From an uncultured Synergistales bacterium (GTDB lineage: Bacteria; Synergistota; Synergistia; Synergistales; Aminobacteriaceae): a stretch of 54,097 nt of DNA. Numbering within the stretch: position 1 is the first letter of the stretch; each line of letters begins with the position of its first letter. The stretch is taken from assembly GCA_937897575.1 (NCBI GenBank), contig CALCQG010000124.1:1-54097 (forward strand). Reading direction: 5' to 3'. Below are positions 20,826-31,934 of this stretch, piece after piece. Position numbers and translations under genes: made by a program. Below the pieces are notes generated by a model. It saw only the letters and a list, made by a program, of their open reading frames with translations, was not told where the DNA came from and ran no database searches.

Positions 20826-21461
20826 TCACCCTTCGATCTGGGCGATCACCTCGCGCAACACCGTAGACTTCAGGATGCGGCCCTCCTCCTGCATCTCCTG
20901 GACTTCGTTGGCAACTTCCTCCACGTAGGAGGCGTCCTTTATGGACGGAAGGTTGATCAGCACGTTCATCGCCGCTCCCTCGAGCCCGGCGAGCGCCTGG
21001 GTCGCCCCCACGCCGATGTCGCTTATGGCGTTGACGTTCACCTTCTCCACGATGAGGGCACAGAGCCGGAGGGTCTCCAGGCAGTGCTGGGCCGTCTTCC
21101 TCGGGGATTCACAGGCCCCCCGGAAGGCCGTTTGGATCGCGGCGCTCCGTGTCGCCTTCTCCTCCTCCGTCCCCTTCGGCAGGGCGAAAGCCTCCATGAC
21201 TCTGTCGAAGGCTGCAGCATCGACGTCGATAGCCTTGATCAGGCTGTCACGAAGGGCCTCGGACCGTGGCAGGACGGACTGCATCTCCCCCTCGAACTGT
21301 TCGTACCCCTTCTTGCCCACCGTCAGGCGGCAGACCATGGAGACCAGGGCCGCGCCAAGAGAACCGGACAGCGCGGCGGCACTCCCCCCGCCGGGAGAGG
21401 CTGAATTGGCCGCGAGACGTTCAACGAAGACCTCGAGTGACTCTTCTCTGAGCAATACCAC
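20826..21461 (-). CDS. Cyclodeaminase/cyclohydrolase family protein (FchA-like methenyl-THF cyclohydrolase)
   Basis: SPGGGSAAA, MVCRLT, DAAAF, NAISD and NVLINL; follows folD. Start is GTG 21461 or TTG 21482. Confidence 0.85.
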   Translation of the reverse strand: MVLLREESLEVFVERLAANSASPGGGSAAALSGSLGAALVSMVCRLTVGKKGYEQFEGEMQSVLPRSEALRDSLIKAIDVDAAAFDRVMEAFALPKGTEEEKATRSAAIQTAFRGACESPRKTAQHCLETLRLCALIVEKVNVNAISDIGVGATQALAGLEGAAMNVLINLPSIKDASYVEEVANEVQEMQEEGRILKSTVLREVIAQIEG

Positions 21462-21485
21462 CGGATCGACTCCCTTCCGCAAAGA

Positions 21486-22337
21486 TCACGCCTCAGGCTT
21501 ACGAGCCTGATGGAGCGTGTTTTCAAGCAACATGGCGATGGTCATGGGCCCCACGCCCCCTGGGACGGGGGTGATCCAGGACGCCTTCTCCGAGACCGGA
21601 CCGTAGTCCACGTCGCCCACAAGCCCCTCGTCCAGACGGTTGATCCCAACGTCGATGACCACGGCCCCCTCCTTCACCATATCGGCGGTCACGAAACGCG
21701 GTTTGCCGATGGCCGCCACGAGGATATCGGCCCTCCGGGCGTGGGTCGCCAGATCGCGGGTTTTGCTGTGGCAGATCGTGACCGTGGCACTCTTCGACAG
21801 CAGCATAAGGGCGACGGGCTTCCCCACTATGTTACTGCGGCCGATGATCACCGCCTCCTTCCCCTCGATGGGGAGCCCCGTCTCCTCGAGCAGGCGCATG
21901 ATCCCCTTCGGAGTACAGGGCTCACAGCAGGGCAGCCCCGCCATGAGACGACCAACGTTCACGGGGTGGAACCCGTCCACGTCCTTCTCGGGCTTGATCG
22001 CCGCGATGACCATGTCCGGGTCGATCTGCGGGGGCAAGGGCAGCTGCACCAGGATGCCGTGGACCGACGGATCGCCGTTGAGTCGCTCGATGAGCCCGAG
22101 AAGCTCCCCCTGGGGCGTCGACGCCGGAAGACGGTGCAGGAAGGACGCAAACCCCGCCTCCAGGCATGCCTTCTCCTTCTGGCCGACGTAGACCTTCGAG
22201 GCGGGATTATCCCCAACAAGGACCACGGCAAGCCCAGGAACCGTGCCCGTGGTGGCCTTCATCTCGGCGACACCCTTTTTCACCTCGACCCGTATCTCGG
22301 CGGCCAGCTTCTTTCCGTCCAGAATATGCGCCGTCAT
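21486..22337 (-). CDS. folD: Methylene-THF dehydrogenase/cyclohydrolase
   Basis: [41 protein letters not shown]. Confidence 0.97.
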   Translation of the reverse strand: MTAHILDGKKLAAEIRVEVKKGVAEMKATTGTVPGLAVVLVGDNPASKVYVGQKEKACLEAGFASFLHRLPASTPQGELLGLIERLNGDPSVHGILVQLPLPPQIDPDMVIAAIKPEKDVDGFHPVNVGRLMAGLPCCEPCTPKGIMRLLEETGLPIEGKEAVIIGRSNIVGKPVALMLLSKSATVTICHSKTRDLATHARRADILVAAIGKPRFVTADMVKEGAVVIDVGINRLDEGLVGDVDYGPVSEKASWITPVPGGVGPMTIAMLLENTLHQARKPEA

Positions 22338-22345
22338 GGGAGCAC

Positions 22346-24019
22346 CTAGAAGAGCCCCGAGATCCGGCCGCTCTCGTCGATGTCGATGGTCAGCGCGGCC
22401 GGTTTCTTCGGCAACCCCGGCATGGTCATGATCGAGCCCGTGATGGCCACGAGGAACCCGGCGCCCGCCGAGAGGCGGACCTCCCGCACGGTGACGGTGA
22501 ACCCCTTCGGCCGGCCGAGCAGCGCGGGGTCGTCGGACAGAGAGTACTGAGTCTTGGCCATGCAGATGAGCAGATCGTCCTTGCCGAGCTCATGGATCTG
22601 GGCGAGGTCCTTTTCCGCCTGGTCCGTGTACTTCACTCCGTCCGCCCCGTAGACCCTCTTCGCGATGGTCTCGATCTTCTCCTTCGGGCTCATGGACGCA
22701 TCGTACAGGGGGGCATAGCTCGACGGTCTGTCGCAGGCCGCCACCACCTTCTCGGCGAGGTCGACGCCGCCCTCCCCGCCCTTCTCCCAGACCTCGGAAA
22801 GGGCGACGGTGGCTCCGAGCGTGTTGCACTTCTCCTCCACAAGGGCCAGCTCCGCCTCCGTGTCCGTGGGGAACCGGTTAATGGCCACAACGACGGGCAG
22901 GCCGAAGGACGTCATGTTCTCGATGTGCTTCTCCAGGTTCGGCATGCCCTTGCCCAAGGCCTCCAGATCTTCCTGGGCAAGCTCGTTCTTCTTTCGTCCA
23001 CCGTGCATCTTGAGCGCCCGAACCGTGGCGACGATGACCACCGCCGAGGGTTTGAGGCCGCCCATGCGGCACTTGATGTCCAGGAACTTCTCCGCCCCGA
23101 GGTCGCCGCCGAAGCCCGCCTCCGTCACGAAGTAGTCCGAGAGCTTGATCCCCAGCCGCGTGGCCTGGATGGAGTTGCAGCCGTGGGCTATGTTGGCGAA
23201 GGGGCCGCCGTGAATGAAGGCCGGGACACCTTCGAGGGTCTGGACGAGGTTCGGTTTGACGGCGTCCTTGAGGAGGACTGCCGCCGAGCCCGCCGCGCCG
23301 ATATCGCCCGCCGTGACGGCTTTTCCGTCGTAGGTGTATCCGATCACGATCTTTTTGATCCGTTCCTTCAGGTCCATGAGGTCCGTGGCGAGGCACAGGA
23401 TCGCCATGATCTCCGAAGCGACGGTGATGTCGAACCCGCTCTCCCTGGGGACGCCGTTGGCTTTCCCTCCCAAACCGATGATGATGCTCCTGAGAGCCCG
23501 TTCGTTGAGGTCCATCACCCGGCGCCAGGTTATCCGCCTGGGGTCGAGGTTCAGCTCGTTCCCCTGCTGAATGTGGTTGTCCACCATGGCGGAGATGAGG
23601 TTGTGGGCCGTCGTGATGGCGTGCAGGTCGCCGGTGAAGTGGAGGTTGATGTCCTCCATGGGGATGACCTGACTGTACCCACCGCCCGCCGCACCGCCCT
23701 TGACACCGAAGCTGGGACCAAGAGACGGTTCACGGATGGCGAAGCATGCCTTTTTCCCTATTCTGGACAGGGCCTGGGCGAGTCCTACGGTGGTCGTGGT
23801 CTTCCCCTCGCCGGCAGGGGTCGGCGTAATGGCCGTGACGAGGATGAGCTTCCCGTCCTTATTGTCCTTCACCCGCTGCCACACTTTCGGAGAGACCTTG
23901 GCCTTATACTTGCCGTACAGTTCGAGCTCGTCCTCCCCGATGCCCAGCTTCGACGCTATCTCGACGATGGGTTGCAGCTTCGCGCTCTGCGCTATCTCGA
24001 TATCGCTCGGTACCCTCAT
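22346..24019 (-). CDS. fhs: Formate--tetrahydrofolate ligase
   Basis: [36 protein letters not shown]; start [11 protein letters not shown]. Confidence 0.97.
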   Translation of the reverse strand: MRVPSDIEIAQSAKLQPIVEIASKLGIGEDELELYGKYKAKVSPKVWQRVKDNKDGKLILVTAITPTPAGEGKTTTTVGLAQALSRIGKKACFAIREPSLGPSFGVKGGAAGGGYSQVIPMEDINLHFTGDLHAITTAHNLISAMVDNHIQQGNELNLDPRRITWRRVMDLNERALRSIIIGLGGKANGVPRESGFDITVASEIMAILCLATDLMDLKERIKKIVIGYTYDGKAVTAGDIGAAGSAAVLLKDAVKPNLVQTLEGVPAFIHGGPFANIAHGCNSIQATRLGIKLSDYFVTEAGFGGDLGAEKFLDIKCRMGGLKPSAVVIVATVRALKMHGGRKKNELAQEDLEALGKGMPNLEKHIENMTSFGLPVVVAINRFPTDTEAELALVEEKCNTLGATVALSEVWEKGGEGGVDLAEKVVAACDRPSSYAPLYDASMSPKEKIETIAKRVYGADGVKYTDQAEKDLAQIHELGKDDLLICMAKTQYSLSDDPALLGRPKGFTVTVREVRLSAGAGFLVAITGSIMTMPGLPKKPAALTIDIDESGRISGLF

Positions 24020-24491
24020 AGAACACGTCCCCTTCTTATGCGAATTATTCCTGTCTTCCTCCGTACCGCTCTGCTGTTGTCTCGCACTCATACGACACTA
24101 CGCGAACGGGGCACTGAAATCAAGCGCACCACACTTTCCGACCTTGATAGGATGTGCCCACACCAGTATCATATCAAACAGGACGAGAAAAGAGAGTACA
24201 ATCTCCTTTCCAACATACAATCAATGCTTCGAAGATAAATCCTGTCTCTGCAGTACACAACCTTTTCGGAGAGACAAGCTGTGGTCGATTCATTCTTTGC
24301 ACAAGACACTCTCCCCATGGGTCATACAGGGACACGTACATACTTCCTCCCGGTCTGCGAACCGATCGCTGAGATCAATGCAGACTCTTTTTTACGAAAT
24401 TATACGCTTCACCCTCTCAAAGTATACGCATGAGTCGATCGATGCCACGCATTGACGCTTTTTCAGTTCAAGAAACTGCATGATCCCCCGT

Positions 24492-25961
24492 TCATCCCAG
24501 AAGCCCCGTCCGTCTGTTGAAATCGTCGATCCGTTCGTCGATGGCGTCGGCCATCCGATGGATGCCAGCCCAGTATCCATCGTCGTACCACTGGGCGTTC
24601 AGCTCTTCGGAGGTCTTGCCCTGCTGTTCCACCCACGTGTAGTACTTCAGGTTGTGTATCCGCTTCTTTTCGGTGTAGGAAAGCTCCAGGAGGTTATCCG
24701 TCCGCACACCCAGGACGTGACGGGCATGATCCACGGCGGCGTCCCGCTCGGAGTAGGGGCGCCCCCGCTCCTCACCCATCTCGCGAAGCCGCGAGCCGTA
24801 CATCTCCATGGAGTCGGTGAACACGGTAAGTACCACGTCTCGTGACGTCAGTTCGTAGTACTTGGCCATCTTGACGGCCATGAGGACGTTGGCGGCGCCC
24901 GAGATGCCCATCAGGGGCAGCTGGTCCAGGCAGTCCTTCTCAAGGCCCAGGGATTCGAGGTACCGCACTCCCTCGGGCTCGTTGCACAGACGGATGAACC
25001 CCATGCTGTCCTCGTCGTCCACGGCGATGACCATATCTGTGTTCTTCACGTTGTGGACCCACGGCACATGTTTGTCGCCGATGCCCTCGATGCGGTGGGA
25101 TCCAAAGCCGTTCTCCAGAAGGGTCGGGCACTGGAGCGCCTCGCCGACGGCCAGCTTCGCCGTCGGGAAGACCTCCTTGAGATAGTCGCCACAAGCTGTG
25201 GTCCCCCCCGATCCGGAGGTGACCGTCACGCCTGCGAAGCGGTCTCCTGGCCCGAGGACCTTGTGGAGAAGGTCCTCCATGGCGTGCCCCGTCACCTCGT
25301 AGTGCCAGAGATGGTTTCCCATCTCTTCGAACTGGTTGAAGATCATGACGTCGTCCCTTGTACGACGCAGCTCCCAGGTTTTGTCGTAGATCTCCTTGAC
25401 GTCGCTCTCCGTCCCCGGCGTAGCGATAATCTCGCCCGCCACCGTCTCGAGCCACTCGAACCGCTCGCGGCTCATGCCCTCGGGCAGGATGGCGATGGAG
25501 TCGCACCCCAGAAGCTGGGCGTTGTACGCCCCACCCCGGCAGTAGTTTCCCGTGGAGGGCCAGACGGCCTTCTGGCGGGTGGGGTCAAACTGTCCGGTGA
25601 CGAGGCGGGGGACGAGGCACGCGAAGCTGGCTCCAACCTTGTGAGCGCCCGTCGGGAACCATTTGCCCACCAAGGCGATGATGCGGGCATCGACGCCCGT
25701 GAGGGCCGACGGCAGTTCGAGGGCATTCACCGGGCCGAAGAGGCCACCCGTCTTCGTCGGCTCGTTCTTCCACGTGATGCGGAAGAGGTTGGCGGGGTCC
25801 ACGTCCCACAGCCCCGTCGCTCTCAGCCGCTCCTTCATGAAGGCCGGGGTGCATCGTTCCGGGTCCTTCATCTGCCGGAAGGTCGGGATGACCACATTCC
25901 GGCGCCTCGCCATCTCAACGGCGCGTTTCAGATTCGCCTCATTCATGGTGAGATCGATCAT
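24492..25961 (-). CDS. PLP-dependent enzyme, fold type II, function unknown
   Basis: FPTGAHKVGA (PLP lysine), STGNY, GSGGT, HRIEGIG. Confidence 0.8.
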   Translation of the reverse strand: MIDLTMNEANLKRAVEMARRRNVVIPTFRQMKDPERCTPAFMKERLRATGLWDVDPANLFRITWKNEPTKTGGLFGPVNALELPSALTGVDARIIALVGKWFPTGAHKVGASFACLVPRLVTGQFDPTRQKAVWPSTGNYCRGGAYNAQLLGCDSIAILPEGMSRERFEWLETVAGEIIATPGTESDVKEIYDKTWELRRTRDDVMIFNQFEEMGNHLWHYEVTGHAMEDLLHKVLGPGDRFAGVTVTSGSGGTTACGDYLKEVFPTAKLAVGEALQCPTLLENGFGSHRIEGIGDKHVPWVHNVKNTDMVIAVDDEDSMGFIRLCNEPEGVRYLESLGLEKDCLDQLPLMGISGAANVLMAVKMAKYYELTSRDVVLTVFTDSMEMYGSRLREMGEERGRPYSERDAAVDHARHVLGVRTDNLLELSYTEKKRIHNLKYYTWVEQQGKTSEELNAQWYDDGYWAGIHRMADAIDERIDDFNRRTGLLG

Positions 25962-25985
25962 GTCCCGTATCGCCTCCTTGCTTCG

Positions 25986-27245
25986 TTATTCAAGCCCCGG
26001 GTAGAGCGGGTATTTCCCGCAGATCTCGTGGACCTCCGAGGCGATCCGTCCGAGTTCTCCGTCGTCCCCGACACTCCGTACGGCGCGGTCGATCCACCGG
26101 GCGACGGTCTTCATGTCGTCGGTCCCGAATCCCCTCGTGGTGACCGCCGGCGTCCCTATCCGTATGCCGCTCGTGATGAAGGGGCTCTGGGTATCGAAGG
26201 GCACGGCGTTCTTGTTCACCGTGATGCCCGCTTTGCCCAGGGCGGCTTCGGCGTCCTTGCCCGTGACGCCCAGCTCCGAGAGATTCACGAGGATGAGGTG
26301 GTTGTCCGTGCCGCCCGAGACGAGGTGATGTCCCAAGGCGAGGAGCTCCTCCGCCAGAGCCTTGGCGTTCGTGACAATTTTCCGCTGGTAGTCGGCGAAG
26401 GAGGGCTCGAGAGCCTCCTTGAACGCCACGGCCTTCGCCGCGATGATGTGCATCAGGGGACCGCCCTGCATGCCCGGGAAGATGGCCTTGTCCACCCCTT
26501 TGGCGTATTCACCGGTGGTCATGATCATGCCGCCCCTCGGGCCGCGCAGGGTCTTGTGGGTCGTCGTGGTGAGAAAGTGACAGAAGGGGACGGGGTCCTT
26601 GTGGCACTTCGCCGCTATGAGCCCCGCGATATGGGCGATGTCGAACAGGAGAAGGGCTCCCGCCTTGTCCGCTATGGCCCGGAAGCGCTCCGCATCGATC
26701 TCTCTGGGGTATGCGGAACCGCCGCAGACGATGAGCTTCGGGCGATGCTCCAGAGCGAGTCGCTCCACCTCGGCGAAGTCGATCCGCTCCGTGGCCTTGT
26801 CAACACCGTAGGGGACGATGTTGTACAGCTTTCCCGAGAAGTTGACCGGGGAGCCGTGGGTCAAATGCCCGCCGTGGGCCAGATTCATGGCGAGGATTGT
26901 GTCCCCGGGCTGGAGCACGGAGAAGTAGACGGCCATGTTCGCCTGGGAGCCCGAGTGGGGCTGGACGTTGACGTGTTCGCAGCCGAAAAGTTTTTTCGCC
27001 CGCTCCTGAGCCAGGACTTCAGCCTTGTCCACCACGTGGCACCCGCCGTAGTACCGGGCGCCGGGGTACCCCTCGGCGTACTTGTTCGTCAGAACCGACC
27101 CCGCGGCCGCAAGGACGGCTCGGGAGACGAAGTTCTCCGACGCGATGAGCTCGATCCCCTCCCGCTGTCGGACCAACTCCTCCGACACAATCGAGAATAT
27201 CTCCGGATCGGTACTCTTCAGGAACTCCTGCCCTTTGTCAAGCAC
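25986..27245 (-). CDS. glyA: Serine hydroxymethyltransferase
   Basis: [39 protein letters not shown] 27245 has better RBS spacing than GTG 27251. Confidence 0.97.
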   Translation of the reverse strand: MLDKGQEFLKSTDPEIFSIVSEELVRQREGIELIASENFVSRAVLAAAGSVLTNKYAEGYPGARYYGGCHVVDKAEVLAQERAKKLFGCEHVNVQPHSGSQANMAVYFSVLQPGDTILAMNLAHGGHLTHGSPVNFSGKLYNIVPYGVDKATERIDFAEVERLALEHRPKLIVCGGSAYPREIDAERFRAIADKAGALLLFDIAHIAGLIAAKCHKDPVPFCHFLTTTTHKTLRGPRGGMIMTTGEYAKGVDKAIFPGMQGGPLMHIIAAKAVAFKEALEPSFADYQRKIVTNAKALAEELLALGHHLVSGGTDNHLILVNLSELGVTGKDAEAALGKAGITVNKNAVPFDTQSPFITSGIRIGTPAVTTRGFGTDDMKTVARWIDRAVRSVGDDGELGRIASEVHEICGKYPLYPGLE

Positions 27246-28482
27246 ATGCACCCTCTCCTTTCAGTATGTTCGTCAATTCCTCCAGCGACGGGGACACCAC
27301 CAGGGGGTCTCCCACCGATTTGCGGGCGCTTTGCACGTCCTTCAATCCATTGCCGGTGACCACGATGGCCACCCGTTCTCCCGCGAATGCGCCGCCCCGG
27401 GACGCCTTCCTGAACCCCGCGAAGGCCGCTGCGCCGGCGGGTTCTGCGAAGACCCCACAGGACCTCGCCAGTTCGGGGATCGCCGACAAAATCTCCTCGT
27501 CCGACACGGCGATCATGTCGCCCTGGGAGGAGCGAACCGCCCGGAGCGCCTTGGCCCAGTTACGGGGTTCGCCCACGGATATGCTGTCCGCCACCGTGTT
27601 CGCAGGGCCGAAGGCCACGAAGTCCCGTCCGGAGCGAACGGCATCGTACAGAGGACTCGCCCCCTCGGCCTGAACGCCGACGATTTTAGGGATGGACCGG
27701 ACGAGCCCCATCCGCAGGAGCTCCCAAAATCCCTTGTACAGACCGCTGATGCAGCATCCGTCTCCGACGGCGATGAAGATCCTGTCCGGGACGTCCCATC
27801 CCAGCTGCTCCGCGATCTCCAGCGCGCAGGTCTTCTTCCCTTCAACGAGGTAGGGGTTGATGGCACAGCTCCTGTTGTACCACCCGTAGCGCTCTATGGC
27901 CGCCGCGGCGAGGGCGAAGGCATCGCCGTAATGGCCCCGGACGAGGATCACCGTGGCCCCGTACACCAAAAGTTGGGCGACCTTTGCGGCGGGTGCGCTT
28001 TCAGGGACGAAGATGACGCTTTGCAGCCCCGCCACGGCGGCGAAACCGGCCAAGGAGCTGGCGGCGTTCCCCGTGGAGGCGCAGGCGACGGTTCTCTTCC
28101 CGGCGGCGAAGGCTCTGGCGACACCTACGGCGCTCGCCCTGTCCTTGAGGGAGCCCGTCGGGTTCCGTCCATCGTCCTTGACCCAGACCTCCGCCGCGTC
28201 GTACCGCTCCGACAGGGATGGAGCGCTGTAGAGGGGCGTCCAGCCAACGGACAGCGGTGGGATGTACGCGTCATCTTCCACGGGGAGGATCTCCCTGTAG
28301 CGCCAGAGATCTCTCCGTCGGCCCCGCAGGGAGTCCGGCGTGAGGGTCCGAACCGCCTCGCCGTAGTCGTACAGGATATCCAGAGTGCCGTCGGGACCGC
28401 AGGCCGGGCAGGTATACTCCACCGACCCCGGGTCGTAGACACTGTCGCAGAGGACGCACCGCAGCTCAGTCACCCGTCCCAT
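27238..28482 (-). CDS. Threonine synthase-like PLP enzyme (second paralog, with N-terminal Zn ribbon)
   Basis: CVLC...[34 protein letters not shown]. Confidence 0.85.
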   Translation of the reverse strand: MGRVTELRCVLCDSVYDPGSVEYTCPACGPDGTLDILYDYGEAVRTLTPDSLRGRRRDLWRYREILPVEDDAYIPPLSVGWTPLYSAPSLSERYDAAEVWVKDDGRNPTGSLKDRASAVGVARAFAAGKRTVACASTGNAASSLAGFAAVAGLQSVIFVPESAPAAKVAQLLVYGATVILVRGHYGDAFALAAAAIERYGWYNRSCAINPYLVEGKKTCALEIAEQLGWDVPDRIFIAVGDGCCISGLYKGFWELLRMGLVRSIPKIVGVQAEGASPLYDAVRSGRDFVAFGPANTVADSISVGEPRNWAKALRAVRSSQGDMIAVSDEEILSAIPELARSCGVFAEPAGAAAFAGFRKASRGGAFAGERVAIVVTGNGLKDVQSARKSVGDPLVVSPSLEELTNILKGEGACA

Positions 28483-29695
28483 ATCCACCCCTCCCAATGT
28501 CCTCTTTATTCTCCAGAAGGCTTCGCATCATGGCGTAGTACCCTCTGCAGGCCGACAGAAGATCCTCGACCTCGACGTATTCGTCCATCCCGTGGACCAT
28601 CTCCCGGCCCGAAGGGCCGTAGACCGCCGTAGGGATGCCCATCTCCGCGGCGTACCAGCAGCCGTTCGTTCCGAACCCGGGGGTGGAAGAGAGCTCATGA
28701 GGCAGGCCGGCGCCAGCCAGAGCGCGAGACAGGGTGCGCAGAAGGGGGGCATCGGGCGGCAGCGCCCACCCGGGTGCATAACGGTTGCCTCTGATGGGGG
28801 CTCCCGTATAGCATCGGTCCTCCATGACGGGAATGGAGACCTCCGCCCGGAGGCCTGGAATGACGCCCTCCGCCTCCCGGACGATCTCCTCGATCTGCAT
28901 CAGCACGCCAGAGGCGCTCTCTCCGGCGAGAAGACGCCGGTCGAAGAGTGCCGAGCACCGCTCCGGTACCATGCCGCTGTTCATGATGGGTGTCGTGTGC
29001 AATCCGGTGAGGACGAGGATGCCATCGCCGAGAAAGTCGTCGTGGGGCGGCTGGAACTTCTCTCTCAGCAAGGCCAGGAGGGCCGTCATGGTATCGGCCG
29101 CATTGATGCCCAACTCCGGGTGGGAGGAGTGCGCCATGGCCCCGAAGGTGTCGATCCGAATCTCCGCCCGACCCCGCTGACCTCGTTCGATGGTGAGCTC
29201 CGACGCCTCGCCCACCACCACGCAGGAGGGGGCAACGGCCTCGCCTATGGCGCGGGAGGCAACGCCCTCGAAGGACTCCTGATGGACGGCGGCGGCCACC
29301 GTCACGTCGCCGCGGAGTTCGTCTCCTCCGGTGGCCTTGAGCATGGCGCCCGCAAGCATCATGGCCGCAAGGGCACCCTTCTGGTCCGAGGCGGCCCGGC
29401 CATAGATCCGACCGCCCTCCAGTTCGGCGCCGAAGGGGTATCGGGACCACTCCGCCACGTCACCGGTGTCCACGTGATCCATCTGAGCGACGAAAAGGGG
29501 CCGCTCGCCCCGGCCGGAAAGGGTGATCCTGCCCAAAACGCTGCCGTAGGAGTCCACCGTCACGGAGTCATACCCCATGGAGCGCATGGCGTCCGAGACG
29601 AACCGAGCCACGTCCCCCTCGCGTCCCGACGTACCCGGCCGGCGGATGAGCTCCCGCGTCAGATGGATCAGGTCGTGCTTTTCCGGTCGCCACAT
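28466..29695 (-). CDS. M20 family metallo-hydrolase (YgeY/ArgE-like) with atypical active-site residues
   Basis: IYGRAASDQKG, GEAS, AHSSHPELGINA, HGMDEYV. Confidence 0.8.
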   Translation of the reverse strand: MWRPEKHDLIHLTRELIRRPGTSGREGDVARFVSDAMRSMGYDSVTVDSYGSVLGRITLSGRGERPLFVAQMDHVDTGDVAEWSRYPFGAELEGGRIYGRAASDQKGALAAMMLAGAMLKATGGDELRGDVTVAAAVHQESFEGVASRAIGEAVAPSCVVVGEASELTIERGQRGRAEIRIDTFGAMAHSSHPELGINAADTMTALLALLREKFQPPHDDFLGDGILVLTGLHTTPIMNSGMVPERCSALFDRRLLAGESASGVLMQIEEIVREAEGVIPGLRAEVSIPVMEDRCYTGAPIRGNRYAPGWALPPDAPLLRTLSRALAGAGLPHELSSTPGFGTNGCWYAAEMGIPTAVYGPSGREMVHGMDEYVEVEDLLSACRGYYAMMRSLLENKEDIGRGGYGTGD

Positions 29696-29756
29696 GGCGA
29701 ACCCCCCTTTACTTGATACGATACAACAAAGACACTATTCGATTCAAGAAAGAAAA

Positions 29757-29784
29757 AATGATATCATTGATAAATAAAAACTAT
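29757..29784. promoter_or_regulatory. Putative LysR operator region
   Basis: Perfect palindrome AATGATATCATT at 29757-29768 and ATA-N9-TAT (T-N11-A) at 29770-29784, between divergent genes. Confidence 0.5.
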
Positions 29785-29801
29785 AACATCCGGAGGATGA
29801 C

Positions 29802-30701
29802 ATGAATCTGCATCAGCTTCTCGTCTTTCGCACCATAGCGGAAGAGGGCTCCTTCCGGGGAGCGGCGGACAAACTCTTTCTCTCCCAGCCATCGGTGAGC
29901 CAGCAGATCGCGGCCCTCGAAAGAGAGTACGCCGTCCGTCTCTTCGACCGAAAGGGTCGGACCATCGCGCTCACCCCCGAGGGACGGGCTCTCCACATCC
30001 TGGCCGACGATCTCCTGCGCGCGGCCGACGAGATTCCGGTCCGCTTCAGGGCGCTCAAAACCCTGCAGGCGGGGCGAATCAGCATCCTCTCCTCATCCTT
30101 CGGCGCAAACGTTCTCCTCCCCCACCCCGTCGTGACCTTTGCCAGAGATTTTCCCTCCATCGCCCTGTCCATCACGACGATCGCGGCAGACCGCATCACC
30201 GCTGCCATCAAGGAGGGCGGAGCGGAACTCGCCGTGCTCGGACGCCCCTTTCTCGACTCAAGGGACCGGGACATAACCTATAGGACCCTCGGCCGCGACC
30301 GGCTCGTCATGGTGGCGAGCCCCCTCCTCCTTCGGAACGGCGAGTCGGAGCTCGCGACGGAGGAGGAGACCTTTATACGCTTCGCCCGAAACTGTCAGCC
30401 TGTGGACCACGTGGACGAGTTTATCCTGAGACATCGGATCCGCTTCGGGGCCTCCATCGAGGTGAACGAGATCGAGACGGCGAACAGGCTGGCTGCCGAA
30501 GGGGCGGGCATCACCATCACGAGCCTCCTCTCCGTTCGTGGTCGGCTCGACGCCGGAGACCTCGCCATCATTCCCTTCCCCGACGGAGAAGAGCTCTTCT
30601 GGGAGGTTCAGTGTCTCTTCCCGGCGTACAGGGGGCTCTCCCATGCGGGGTGGGAGATGGTGAAGCGCATCGAAGCCCACTGCGCCGCCACTCTGTCCTG
30701 A
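29802..30701 (+). CDS. LysR family transcriptional regulator
   Basis: GSFRGAADKLFLSQPSVSQQIAALE HTH; 299 aa. Confidence 0.93.
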   Translation: MNLHQLLVFRTIAEEGSFRGAADKLFLSQPSVSQQIAALEREYAVRLFDRKGRTIALTPEGRALHILADDLLRAADEIPVRFRALKTLQAGRISILSSSFGANVLLPHPVVTFARDFPSIALSITTIAADRITAAIKEGGAELAVLGRPFLDSRDRDITYRTLGRDRLVMVASPLLLRNGESELATEEETFIRFARNCQPVDHVDEFILRHRIRFGASIEVNEIETANRLAAEGAGITITSLLSVRGRLDAGDLAIIPFPDGEELFWEVQCLFPAYRGLSHAGWEMVKRIEAHCAATLS

Positions 30702-30730
30702 TAGGCCACTGCCGCCGCGACAGGAAAATC

Positions 30731-30758
30731 TTGACAGCGGGGGTGTGAAGGATATAAT
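30731..30758 (+). promoter_or_regulatory. Consensus sigma70 promoter of the TAXI-TRAP operon
   Basis: TTGACA-16 nt-TATAAT. Confidence 0.75.
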
Positions 30759-30831
30759 GCTTTCATGCATTTCCCCAGCTCATTGCTTTTTCAGACCTGT
30801 ACCACATACTTTTTTTCAAGGAGGTTTTCAC

Positions 30832-31818
30832 GTGAAAAGATTGTTTGTTCTCTGCCTCGTGCTGACAGCCCTTCTCTCGGCTTCGGTCGTGGGCGCCGAC
30901 ACGCCGGCGCAGCTCCGCTTCATGGCGGGCCCTCCGGGCGGCAACTGGTTCGCCCTGGGCGGCGCACTGGCCGACCTCTGGACATCGAAGCTCATCCCCA
31001 CGACGAGCATCACCGGCGGTGCAGTCGCGAACATCATCAACGCGGATAAGGGAAAGGGCGAGCTCGGCTTCTCCAACACCTCCATGGTCGCCGTAGCCCA
31101 GAAGGCCGGCGGCGATCCCTTCAAGGAGCCGTCAAACAACGCCACGATCATGGCGAACCTCTATACCCAGTACACCTACTTCATCGCCCGGAAGGACTTC
31201 GTCGAGAAGAACAACATCAAGTCCGTGGACGACATCGTCGCCAGGAAGATCCCCACCCGCTTCGCCACGCTGAAGACGGGAACGGGCTCCGAGTTCGTCG
31301 TCAACGCCGTGTTCAAGGACGGCTTCGGCATCGACTACCGCAAAGACTTCAAGGACTGGGGCGGTTCCGTGGAGTACGCCTCCTACTCCGGCGGCGCGGA
31401 CCTGATCGCCGACAAGCACCTTGACGTCTTCGCCTTCTCCGTCGGCAAGATCGCGTCCATCGTCATGCAGATCGAGAGCCAGACGGACATAGTCATCCTT
31501 CCGCTGGAGCAGTCGACCCTCGACAAAGTCAGCGAGGCCGTCGGGACGGTCACCTTCACCGTGGACCCCGGGATCTACAAGTCCGTGACCGAACCGGTCA
31601 AGGTCGTCGGGGACTACACCTGCATCGTGGTGCGCAACGATCTCGACGAGAAGCTCGTGTACGACCTCTGCAAGGTCATGCACGAAAACCAGGAGAGCCT
31701 TGCCGCCGCCGTTGTGGATATGAAGGAGCTCGACCCCGCCACGGCCATCCCGGCTTCCCCCATCAAGAGCCATGCCGGAGCGATCAAGTGCTGGAGCGAG
31801 GTCGCACCGAAGAAGTAA
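30832..31818 (+). CDS. TAXI family TRAP transporter solute-binding protein
   Basis: Signal peptide, GPPGGNWFALG, GGAVANI, HAGA; GTG 30832 follows AAGGAGG. Confidence 0.88.
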   Translation: MKRLFVLCLVLTALLSASVVGADTPAQLRFMAGPPGGNWFALGGALADLWTSKLIPTTSITGGAVANIINADKGKGELGFSNTSMVAVAQKAGGDPFKEPSNNATIMANLYTQYTYFIARKDFVEKNNIKSVDDIVARKIPTRFATLKTGTGSEFVVNAVFKDGFGIDYRKDFKDWGGSVEYASYSGGADLIADKHLDVFAFSVGKIASIVMQIESQTDIVILPLEQSTLDKVSEAVGTVTFTVDPGIYKSVTEPVKVVGDYTCIVVRNDLDEKLVYDLCKVMHENQESLAAAVVDMKELDPATAIPASPIKSHAGAIKCWSEVAPKK

Positions 31819-31850
31819 CGTTGCCGAGGCACGGTTGAAACGGTCAGCCT

Positions 31851-31878
31851 GAGGGGCGGGCGCAAGCCCGCCCTCTTC
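31851..31878 (+). terminator. Intercistronic hairpin (stabiliser or partial terminator)
   Basis: GGGCGGGC-GCAA-GCCCGCCC between the binding-protein and permease genes. Confidence 0.5.
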
Positions 31879-31934
31879 ATCCATGGAAATACACGCTCGT
31901 CGTACTTTTTATTTTTCCGAGAGGGGTTCGTTTC

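Noticed and set aside
14384..27359. Long plus-strand ORFs (817, 578, 690 and 768 aa and similar)
   Set aside because: All lie antisense to well-supported genes and have low-information composition.
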